NCBI RefSeq assembly: GCF_018977255.1
Contig: NW_024704761.1
Span: 3,968,001-4,032,000, forward strand
Direction of reading: 5' to 3'
Origin: Callorhinchus milii
Taxonomy: Eukaryota
Length of the DNA: 64,000 nucleotides
Part shown: in pieces, positions 20,407 to 31,900 of the stretch
Numbering within the stretch: position 1 is the stretch's first letter
Layout: every line of letters begins with the position of its first letter
Notes under the pieces: generated by a model
What the model saw: the letters and a program-made list of their open reading frames with translations, nothing else
Database searches by the model: none
What the model was told of the DNA's origin: nothing
Made by a program: the position numbers and the translations under genes

Positions 20407-23400
20407 GTGGGTCGACCGAGTGACTGCGGCCACGGGAAAAGTGGGGGGGGAGAGGGGGGTGAGGGGAGCTGAGAGAGAGTCGAGTGTCCGTGTCGGGTGG
20501 GGGGAGGGAGGGAGGACTGTCTGTCTGTTTGTCTGTATCGCCCTCTGCCTGTGTTGATCTTTGTTGGAGGTTTCCGATTCACACGCCTTTTATTTTGTTT
20601 GTACGTGTATTTTAAGTGCTTGAGTTTTTATTACTCTCTCCCCCCCACCCCAACACCCTCCCTCCCTCCCTCCCTCCCTCTCACTCGACGTGGAATTGGT
20701 CATTCGCTTCCCAACTTGTCTGCGGGGCATTTCTCACAGTCCCTCTGCGTTTGGACACCGCGCCTTAAGCCGGGGACGCGAGACGTCTCGGAGCGCCGCG
20801 CTGGATAGACCGTCCCGAGCGAAAACGCGGGCAGCCAGTCGTGCGCGGCAGCGTCCCACGAACCGTCGTGGATTGAGCGACCAAATTATTATTTATTCAT
20901 TTGTTACCCCCGCCCCCCCCCCACCACCACCACCGAAAAAGCGATCTGACCTATCGACTAACAACCGGGTTCCTACTTACTCGCGGAGTCCTGGTTAGAG
21001 CACTCGCTTTGCGAGCGAGACACCCGGGTTCAATTCCAGGCAGGTCCGGGCCAAACCTCGGGCAAGTTTCCTCACTCCACACACAGCCTAATAATAATCC
21101 CTCCGAAAAAGAGCAAAACAATAATAAATTGGTCATTTTCAATCCACGACTGTCTGTGGGACAGGCGCTGCTGTGCGCACTCGGCTGCCGCGTTCGCCCA
21201 CAAATATAATAATAATAATAATAATCCTTGCATTTGATATAGCGCTTTTCACGTCGGGAGGACGTCCCAAAGCGCTTCACAGAACACACTGTAAAGTGAA
21301 TTGACTGTATATTTGTGGGTGAACGCGGCAGCCAATTGCGCACAATATGCAGTCAATTCGCTTTACGGTATATTCAGCGAAGCGCTTTGGGACGTCGAGA
21401 AGACGTGAAAAGCGCTATATCAGATGCGAGGATTATTATTATTATTACTGCTCGGCGAACAGGCGCGCGTGTGTGCGTGTAGTAAGGAAACTTACCCAAC
21501 GTGCCTGGGAACCGAACCCAGGCCCTCTCGCTTGCGAGGCGAGCGCTCTAACCGCTGAGCTATGGAACTCTTCGTTTGCAACGAAACCTCTTACGTACAG
21601 ATTGGCCGTCTGTTGCATCCGAACAGAAAAAAAAGGCAGTCATTTTTACAGTCCAGCGCTTGTGAAGAGCTTTGAGTTTTGGGGGGCAGGTGCTAAGCTG
21701 CTATATCAAATGCCAGTACTTATGAATTTATACATACCACTTCCTCGCTCTTTCCCTTTTATATTGTATTAAAATCAACTGTTCCATTTAATATGGTGTG
21801 CGTATAATTGTCAATGTCTCAAAGCTCTTTACACATGTACTGTCAAGTGTAGTAACTTTTTTTGTAAAATGCTTAAGAGTTGTTCTGTTCTGAAACGTAG
21901 AAGTTAAGCCTTGTGGTGGCTTCCAGGACTTTGAACTCTCTCGCAAGGACATTGGTTACAGCTGGATAATGTTTTGTTTCAGATGGCTGCAGCCGGCTTT
22001 ATTCACATCCCAAGTGAGAACAGTCCAGATGTTGCTCAGTGCTTCTTTTGTTATAAAGAACTAGAAGGCTGGGAACCTGAAGATGAGCCCATGTAAGTAT
22101 TTGCTATTGTTATTATACTCATTATATAAGGTAATCCTTCCGATGAGATGTTAAACGAAGGTCATGTCTAACTGTTCAGGCAAACTTTAAAAATTCCGTG
22201 GCACTATTTGAAAAAAATGAGTTTTTCGTCATGTCTTAGCCAACACTCCTCCAAATAAAATCAGTCATTTGTTTCATGGCTGTTTATGGAACATTGCAGT
22301 GCGCTAATTAGCTACTGTGTTAACAAAATGTACAGCTATGACACTTTACAGAAAGTTTCTGTAAAGTGCTGTGAGATGTTCAATAACGAGATAAGGTGCT
22401 TTATCAAATGAAGGATTATTATAAGGTATTTGTCTGCGATCCATGCCTTTTCTAGTTTCCTCTTGTGCTAAGAAACAATTTTAAAAAATTGGAATTTGTA
22501 AACTGTCAATTTGCATCAAAAAGTGAAAGGGGATTAATATTTTGCATAAGACCCTTTGTCAGAAAATAAATTGGGATGAGGGAAGTCCCTATACAGAGTT
22601 CAAAATTGAAAACCTGGGCCGGGGGGGATTAATAGGGAAATTATTTTGAAAAATAAATCTGGAGATAATTTGGGGTTGATTAATGAGTTGAGATTACTTT
22701 AATTTGCAGCAGTCCTGTAGAAAGTAATATTTTATACATCAACAGGTTTATATATTATAATATAAACCGCTAGACACTACTTTTCAGTTTTGCAACAGTT
22801 AATCTCTTGTTTTGTGAATTGAGGAGCTACTGAGGGGATAAAAATCTGTACAAATACATGCAGCTGTAATTTGCTTCCACATTTTGTCACAGACTTGAAC
22901 ATAAAAAGCACTCCTCGCAGTGTGCTTTCATTGCGCAGAAGAAAAAGTTTGACGACCTCACAACAGAAGAGTTTCTCAAGCTGGAAAAGGAGAGAATAAA
23001 GAATGTCATTGTAGGTATTTATTCATCACAGTAGATATTTATATTTATGTAGATATTTATTACTGCAGGAGACGAGCTTCAGTATTTAACTCAACAGCTA
23101 AACAGTTTTATCCAATTCTGGCCACCAGGTGGAGTTGACTAAATTGTATAGAATTATTGCCCCACCTGAAAAGGTGAGGAAGGAGACAAAATATAGTCAG
23201 ACTATGTACAATGTGACGATGCTCATCTTTTCTACTGGATCAGTTAGGAATTGTGCAGGCGCAGTTTTTCTGTATTGTATTTCTATTATAAAGTTTTGAA
23301 TTAATTATTTGTGGAAAGAGAAAATGCTTAGTAATTGTATTTGGTCGTAAAAAAATAAATTGCTCATCTATACAACTATGTTTAAAGTTGGTAACTGATT

Positions 23401-23512
23401 TCTTTCTTTACAGAAAAAACAGGTCTCTCAAACAATTCAGTCATTTAAGGATGAATCAAAAATTGTCAGGAGAGTAATCGAGGATTTTGCTACCAAATCA
23501 GATTTCAACTAA
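20299..23512 (+). CDS. BIRC5: Survivin (baculoviral IAP repeat-containing 5); 4 exons, 144 aa
   Basis: Exons 20299-20406, 21983-22092, 22893-23010, 23414-23512 (435 nt). Single BIR domain ([16 protein letters not shown]1 site, [23 protein letters not shown]) plus a C-terminal helix. Confidence 0.97.
20770..21570. mobile_element. Nested cluster of SINEs in both orientations (BIRC5 intron 1)
   Basis: Plus-strand copy 20985-21208 resumes at 21345-21447 and is interrupted by a minus-strand tail copy 21209-21344; further partial copies flank it. Confidence 0.85.
21983..22092 (+). CDS. BIRC5: BIRC5 exon 2
   Basis: 110 nt, MAAAGFIH...WEPEDEP. Confidence 0.95.
22893..23010 (+). CDS. BIRC5: BIRC5 exon 3
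   Basis: 118 nt, [11 protein letters not shown]... Confidence 0.95.
23414..23512 (+). CDS. BIRC5: BIRC5 exon 4
   Basis: TTTACAG acceptor, TAA at 23510-23512. Confidence 0.9.
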   Translation, partial: KKQVSQTIQSFKDESKIVRRVIEDFATKSDFN

Positions 23513-23609
23513 TGCAAGCTATCGTCCCAAATTGAGGATTTTATTAATGTGTATTGTACAGTGTATTTGATATGTAACCACTTGGACTGTCCTTTTCCTT
23601 TCAATTTTC

Positions 23610-23615
23610 AATAAA
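23610..23615 (+). terminator. Candidate BIRC5 polyadenylation signal AATAAA
   Basis: About 100 nt after the stop codon, followed by a T/GT-rich stretch. Confidence 0.55.
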
Positions 23616-23899
23616 AGAAGTACTTGCTTTCTGCTTTTTCGTATGAAGTGCTGTGAGTATTTTGTGACCTTCATGCATTTTCTGTTTCATTGATGCAATT
23701 AAATCCAGTTAAACCTTTTGGCAACAGCTATTTGCTTACTACTTTAGTAGGAATATTACAATACAGCATTTCCTAGCCATTGCTACAAATAGGCCTGGAT
23801 GATGATGAGTTTAGAGAATGTGATTCTTATATCAATGTATGCCTTGTGAATAGACTAGTTTTAATAGACTAATATTTTGACTTAATATACATCATATTG

Positions 23900-24891
23900 G
23901 CGACCAGTGACTCGCAGAGGTATGTTGATCAAACTCAGCAAATTGTAATGAAAAGTAGTCACATGTTTGAAGGTCACTCATCAACTGAAGTCGTATACTT
24001 CGTGAAATAGACTATTGTTACAATGTTACGTGACGGTTGCAAATCATTTATCGACGACACGATTTCCATCTTATTGCTAAAACCCTCAAAAAGAGAGTCT
24101 GCAGCAGACAGCATTGCCTCCTTCACCAGTTCTCCGTCTTCGACAGATTTGTTCCTTTTAGCAAGCACATGAGCAACATTAAAAGATGCAGTCGTGCAAT
24201 GTTTTGACTTACGAACATGCTCGGTAAAAAACGACTGTTGAATTGCAAGTTCAGATTGTAAATCACCTTTCTTACTACAGAATTGTGTGGGAAATCTGTC
24301 AAAAGTCCTTGTGCAAAGTCGAAAGTATCTTTCGACATTATATTTCTTGGGTACTGCCACACTAGCACGGCACAATAAACACATACACTTTCCTTTAATA
24401 TCAATGAAACAGAACCGCTCTTCCCATTCGCTGTTGAAATTGTATTTTTTTTTGTTTTTTGGTAGATCCACTCATATTAACTGAAAACACAAGGGCTCCG
24501 GTGACTTTTAACAGATGGCCGAAACTAGACCAGCCGACTGTTGTGATTGATCCCAGCTGGTCAAGAACCAGGAAAAGGGGTCATGCGAGGAGGAGGGAAG
24601 AAATCAACAGTTTTCTTTCGGGTGACATACCTTAGGATTGATAAGGACGTGTCCATATAAGAATGGGGGAGTAAGTCAGACATGTGCTCTGCTATTCACT
24701 GTGTTGTGCATAGATTCCTAGAAGGACGAGCAGAGCTTGTAGCTGAGTATGTGTCGGCAAGCCAGCCGGCATGTTCGAAATAGGCAAATTAAACTTCTTT
24801 CACGTTATGATTATTTTCCAATTCATGCGGGCACCTAACAGCCCTGCGGTGGGTGCCACGGTGCCCGCAGGCACGTGTTTGGGCGCCCCTG
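23900..24891 (-). mobile_element. hAT-Charlie/SPIN-type DNA transposon, 5' part with a decayed transposase N-terminus (ORF 24471-23974)
   Basis: FNSEWEERFCF..KCMCLLC..VAVPKKYNVER BED-like finger as in GTF2IRD2/EPM2AIP1/Charlie proteins. TIR-like CAGGGGCGCCCAAAC ends at 24891, flanked by ATCTAGAC. Confidence 0.85.
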
Positions 24892-25814
24892 ATCTAGACT
24901 TCGTAGCCTTCAGCAATGAGAAGAAGTTGCCGAGTGCACAATGAGAATTCTTCGAATCCCATTGTGAACATTTGTGTAGCCAAATGGATTAGGGAGGCAA
25001 TGGGTTTCATCCTGTTCATCACCTGGGAGGGCTGAGAGTGGTCCAATTGGAAGTCTTGACAAGCTTTTCATTTTCAGAATGAATAAGGTTGATTTTAAAA
25101 TATTTACACCAGAATCATGCTCTGCAACAATCAAGCTCAGGTGGAAGATTAATGTTTTTAATTAAGTTTACTTCGATAAATTTAAATGGATTCTACCGTT
25201 TTCCGAATAACAGAAATTGCCAAAGAGATGGCTTTCACGTTGAGAAAAGAAAACAGCTATTAGCTAGCAGATCGCAGCGGGATCTCCAACTGGGAACAGG
25301 GGGTGGTTTTTTTTTTCCCCCACCAGCTAAATATTTATACAGTAATAACCAGGCAGTTATTCCTCATCCAGTTCAGGGGATCGGTAAAGGAGTGGGGTGG
25401 GTGGGAGAAAACAGGAGCAAAAAAAAATAAAAGGAACAATTGTGGCATTTGGCAAGTTATTGAAAAGGTATTGGAAAGTGGGGGTGGGGGGGGGGGGAGA
25501 GGACTGAAATAAATATAATGATTGGCTTGTGATGCAGTGTGTCCTTTGCACTTGTTGCAGGAATGAATGAAGGTGTGAATGAAACGTTAACATGGGGAGG
25601 GGGGGATGAGAAATTACCCAACCTGGGGGGGGGGGGGGTGTGGTGGATGGGTGAAACAACATATTTCAAAGAGAACTCCAGTCATATTTCCTAGAGGGTG
25701 GAGTATGAGTTCACACTTTTACGGTGGAGGTTGCTCTGTGCAGGTATTGGATGAAGAGAGACCCATCTGCTGCTGCTGCTGCTGATGCTGATGGTTTGCT
25801 TGTGTTGCCTTGAG

Positions 25815-25995
25815 ATGAATGTGGGAGCTGTGTGTGTGATCGCTGGCTGTGCAGGACTTCTCAGTTTTGTGTTTCTAGCTGTCGCGATCGGCACGGATTA
25901 TTGGTATGTCATCGATGTTTCGAAATCCAAATATAACACCGAGAAGGAATCGGATGACTTGAGCTCTCACTCCGGACTCTGGAGGATTTGCCAAG
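25815..25995 (+). CDS. TMEM235: TMEM235 exon 1
   Basis: 181 nt, AAG|GTAAG donor; a slightly upstream in-frame ATG is also possible. Confidence 0.88.
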
Positions 25996-28900
25996 GTAAG
26001 GGGGGTCAGTGTGTGTGGTCTCTGATGAAAGCATCCTACACTGGACACTGAGCTGACAGATGGTTGTGACATCTAACATAATCCGTGGGAATATCTATTT
26101 TATAGCGAGTGAAAGTTGTAGTTTTTTAAAAAAAAAAGATGTAACAGGTATTTTTATGATGATGCATAAGCGCTGGAATCGAGTTATAACAGTCCTTTGC
26201 AAAGAAATGTGGGAATTTTGAAGGTTGATAAATCCAGATTTTTGTGTCTGACTCATATATACATATATATATATATATATATTTTACAAAAAGTGATTTG
26301 ATAGCCATTTATTGAACTGCTTTGTTTGATAAACGATTAGTGATCAAATGTAATTATACTGGGGGGAAAAAAGCCACACCTCCACGGCATTCAAATCCCA
26401 CTGATGTCAACCTCCCTCTAGTTTTTTCACATGTTTTATTTTAAGAGGGGTTAATGGTGTTGGGGGGGAGAGTTGGTGGGGGGGGTTAACTGCAGCCTTA
26501 AACCCTCCAGGTGTTGCCTCGGGTATATCCAGCAAATGAATTGATTCTTTCCCCATTACATTAATTACATTTTCGTTAAAAGTCACAAAATTATTAATAA
26601 TTTCTTAGTAATGGGGAAACGAACTATACCCTCAAGTTATTTGAACCTCACTTCGTCTATACAATGATGTATTGAGATATTGAAACTCTTATCAGAAACC
26701 GTGGCCAGCATTATAGATACTGACACTTAACAGTAACAGTGCTTTGGGATGCACATTGGAAATAAATGCTTGCAACAACAACAAAATTACATTTGCATAG
26801 TGCCTTTCACATCAGGAGGACGTCCCAAGGCGCTGGACAGACAGAGTTGCAGTGTGCCGAATTGGGCATAAAAATGCGCTTATTCCAGTAGTTACGTCTG
26901 ATCACATTTCATATCTCTCTTACCTCTGCTCTCCTGAGAATTTTGATAGCGATGTTCGGGAAGAGCACCATGGCTACCACCATTAGTCCTGTTGCTATGC
27001 CCTTCATCAGCGCTTTCAACGACGCCCATGTGTAAAAGTGAAAGGTTTCCGAACCCATTTATGGTCGTATGTTTCCACAATCTTTTGTTAATGACTGCAA
27101 TGGAGTGAAACATTGTATTCTGGTGCTCACAGAAACTGAAGCATTTTAGTAGTTTAATTTCACTTTGCATTTACTTCTGTGTTGTGGCTACAGAAGGAAA
27201 TCTCACTAATTGTTCCAGAATGATGTAACTACAGGTGCAAACTCTCATAAACGGGGACATAACATTATGGCAGTCGACTTAATACGACTTACGCAAAGTT
27301 ATGTATAAGTTTGCCTTTGTTGACACCACATCGTGCTTTCAGAGCTTACCTCCTCTTTGGTTAAAAAAAACGAATTACATTTCTACATTATTACACAGGT
27401 GTCCACTTAAGCAAAGAATAAGCAAATAATTTGGTCACTCAAACCACGACTGTTTGTGGGATACCGCAGTGCGCAATTCACTTTACAGTATATTCTGTGA
27501 AGCGCTTTGAGACGTCTCGAAGACGTGATAAGGCGCTGTATCAAATGCAAGGATTATTGTCACAAGGACAGTCCCTCAAGCTGCCTTTGGGCCTTTACAA
27601 TGTATAGCACCATGATGACAGGTCATAATCATGACCTTGTTTCGGATATTGTGCTTTTTAAAAACTCTTATGTTGGAATCGCAGTGGGATACAGTCTTGA
27701 CCTTTTACTCTGCCAAGTTAATGATCTCACCCATTCATGCCTGTTGCTAAAGGGAGCATTTGCAGTGAGCCTGAATATCAGCAAGAACATGGGAATATCC
27801 CTAATGAGACACACTTATTATCCTGATACGATGAACAAACAGAGAAGGGGTTGAGAAGAGAGAGTGCGAAACTTCGGAGTGGGTAGCACACTCAAACAAA
27901 ATACTGCACATTCAGAGAAAATTGAAATGCGGAGTAATAATTTAGTTTTACGCTCTATTCCAACTGAAGAAAATAGAATTGTTAAAGTGATCAAATGTGT
28001 TGAGAGGGCATCTACTGCATAATATTGCACTTAAACCTATAATTGGGCCAGTATAAAAGCTGCTTTTCTGCTATGTGCAATTGGCTGTCGCGTTTCGCCC
28101 ACAAAATATACAGTCAATTCACTTTACAGTATATTCTGCGAAGTGCTTTGAGACGTCTCGAAGACGTGATAAGGCGCTGTATCAAATGCAAGGATTATTA
28201 TTATTATTACTTCACCCAATTTGGCCTGGATTTGTGCTAAATATAGTTACTTTGTGGGTTATTCTTCCTGCTTTTTATTGGGGGAAAAAAAGTATCTTAT
28301 ACACATAGAAACCAAAGAGTCAAAATGATTCATATGTACTGAAATTTGGCCCTTGGAAAAATGAGTGTAACTATCATTTCATTGGTTTAATACAAGAACA
28401 AGTACATTTTGTTTCCAAAATCTTAAACTAGGGCTGCACTGAAGTGGAGAACATTACATCTAAGCGAATGGAAATTTCAACTGTAATGCTCCTCAGACAG
28501 ACTAAATATCATTTCAAGATTGTTTTTAATGAAACGCGATGTTCCAAAGAATGCATTGATCCGTTTGCTTTAAGATTCAATAGAATTGTAATCTGTCTTT
28601 TTTAAAAAATAGATTGTCCTGACAAATGGTATGCCTGTGTGAATTTAATCAATGTATAATTTATTGAGACTATTGCAAGTATATTAGGTATCAAATGTTT
28701 TGAATGTGGTAATATTTCAGCCTTTCAGTTTGACAGCTTTATTAATAAGTTTAATTACAAAGTAATTTAGTACTGACAATGAAATTCATACATCTTGATA
28801 AAGTCATATAATTTATACACTATATTGGGTAGTCATACTGCATTACAGTGCGGTGCTAAACAATAACCATATACCAAGATAAAGGTTATTTTTTCCATTA

Positions 28901-31900
28901 AGTGTTGTGTATCTTTCCATGTATAGGTTTCCATCGGTGGGATGGTGGTGTGGAGGCTGGTGGTAGTTCATGATTGAGGTTAATTCAGTTCTCAAATTGA
29001 AAATTGTGCAAAAACATCTTAAAATGTAAATTCTGGGTCACTTCTAATGAAGTCTTATCCCTTATCTGACTCTCAAACATATCTATAATTAACTGCATGG
29101 TGCTAAAAAGCTACAGCAATTAAGATCATCACCGTTGGCTTTAAAACAACCAGTAGATTTTCAAGACTGAGGCGGATAGAGTTTTGTTCCACAAGGGATA
29201 TGGGGTAAAGGTGGGTAATTGGAGTTGAGGTACAGATCAGATATGATCTTATAAAATAGTGTAACAGGCTTGAGGGTCTGAATGGCCTACTCCTGTTCCT
29301 ATGTTCCTAAATTGGCGCTTCCTATATGATTGAGGAAATGGGGGAAGGGGTGGTTTATTGCTACTCTGTGACTATGAAACCTAACTCTAGATGGCTCAGG
29401 TTTTATTCTGGTATTACTCTTGCGTGAGGTTTCACGTGGGGCATTTTGCCCGAGTTCACTCCACTTCAGAGCTGCTCTGGACAAGAAGGTGTGAAAATGG
29501 AGTACCATTAAGGATCGCTTGCCTCTGCCTCTGATTTATTACTATTTTTGTAAAATAGTACCATACGAATCACAGGGACCAACACCCTTAATGTAATATT
29601 TAATGATTTTAATGGTTGTTATTATTCATGCTTGACCAAAAGTACAAGATAATTACAAATCTAAACTGAGCCCAACAGTTTACTGGCTGGACTCATTAGT
29701 CTGTAGTCCTGCACAACCTGACACTGATTTGTCAGCATCATGGCTTCAGGTCAAATTAATTATGGAATTAATCCAAGTTGGATTCCGCTCTAAAGCTACA
29801 TATTTGTAGTTTAATCGCAGTATCTCAATGTTATCCTGTCATGAAGACAGTCCCCGCAGAAGGGTCTCTTTTGTTCTTGGCGCTCCCCCTGAAATGGACG
29901 ATTTCAATAAAAACCTGCATAATGCAATTCCTAAAGCTTTAATAATCTTTGAACATAATTAAGACCTCTAAACGTCAATTTTTTTCTTTTTTTTCTCACC
30001 AACTTCTATCATTATGTATTTTATTGCAGTGAGATTTTTTTTACTGTGCCCACTAAGTGATAAATAATGGCTGAAATACATAAAACCACAAAGACAATTT
30101 AAGGTAATTTTCATTGGGAAGGCTTATTAGGCGATTAACCTTGAACCAAAAATTTGCAAATGGAAACCATTAGTGTGAAAGTCATTGATTTTCTTTAACA
30201 TTATTCAATGTGTTTATATAAATTCTTGTTTATTATTTCTCTCTCTACAGAACTTACAATGTTGCAATAAACCAGAAGATGAATCCTTCTGTTATGCCGA
30301 TCCCAAAGTTTTCCTTTTCTGTCACATTACGCATGTTGTGTAGGAGACGTTTATTAATTTTTTTTTTCTGGAGGCTCTACATAGATAGATGGTGCTTAGA
30401 TATTGTATGCTTTAATTTATTTACCAGGGAAGATTAGCTTCAAGCTACCATGTGAAATAATTTTATTCATAAGTTCTTGGCAGTGGAGCAACACAAATTA
30501 TAGCCAATTATGAGAGGCAGATTAACCTGCCTGAATGGCACATTAACCAAATATGAGATTAACTATTGATTTGTACACATGATTTAGCTCATGGCAGATA
30601 GTCAATTGTTGCCATATGTACCATCAAGAACATTTTTAATTAAACCTTTTCAGCACAAAATCGCTTACAAAAAGAATAAAACCTGTCAGACATATTGATC
30701 CAGCAGGATGTGCGCAGTCAGTAAGAAAGACTGGAGCACAATAGACAATTTCCTATGGCGGAATCAATGGTGTCATGATATATCCTTTTTTTCTAAGTCA
30801 CTGTTGCTTTATTGACTGTTTCTGAACTTGTTACACTTGAATGATGCTAAAATTGGTCAGATATGATCAAATGCATTTTTTTATATATCCAGTGTCAATT
30901 TGTAGAAGGAGTTATTCAGACATAACGCATCACAGAACGTGATCCAAATAGCTCACTTAAAGACACACGTACACATATGGTTAGAGGGCTTTGCAGAGAG
31001 ATCACAAGCATATTATTTGCCACTACATTTCTGCGCTCCGCAAAGTATACACGTCTGTATTACTCACTGGATTATTTTGGTAGTTGGTGTATAGGTCACT
31101 TAGATTTTTTTAGTTCTTCTTTAAATCCTATCTCATCCTAACTTGTTTCTCCCATCAGGTAAGAACGCTTGCATTGGTTTAATAGATCCACTTGGAGATG
31201 AGACTCAACATGTTCCCAAATCACAGCATCATCTGTTACGTAAGTTTAAGTCTAACTTTGAGGTTGGGAGTTATTCAGTGTGGATTTCTGCAATTTAACA
31301 CTAAACGAGGTATTCTTTACTAAAATTGTCATAGAAGCAGATTCCATGGCAGCTTTTAAAAGGGAATGGGACAAATATTCAAAAGTATATATATATAAGG
31401 ATATCTTAAAAGGGATAGGAGTGAGATGAAATGGGTTGTTGTTTCAGAGAGACAGCTTCAGCACAATGGGCTGAATTGCCTACTTCTGTCTTGTAAAATT
31501 GTACGGTTCCATAAATCACCATAATAAATCCTCATATTAGAATCATTCTGGATTTTCTTTTCAGTTCTTAGGGAGTTTGTTGAACCAATCAGCGCAAACC
31601 ATTCAATTGTAGCAAAGCAAAAGGAGATAATTGCCCTTTAAAAGGATCACTTTTATTTAGTTTACAACTGTTCAGAGAGGATTGGATGCAACTGTATGTG
31701 ACTGGGCAGCCACATAGAGCCCAGATGTTGAGTAGGTTGAAATGGTTTGACTTTCACTCCAGAATATTAATTTGTGATGAGATGCACAACTGAGCAATGA
31801 GCCAAAAATCCTGCTTTGTGATTATTCCCAGCGGTGTTTCCAAGTGGAGGCGTAAGTACCAGACACACGATTCTCACTTTTGGTTCAAATTCTGCCTGAA

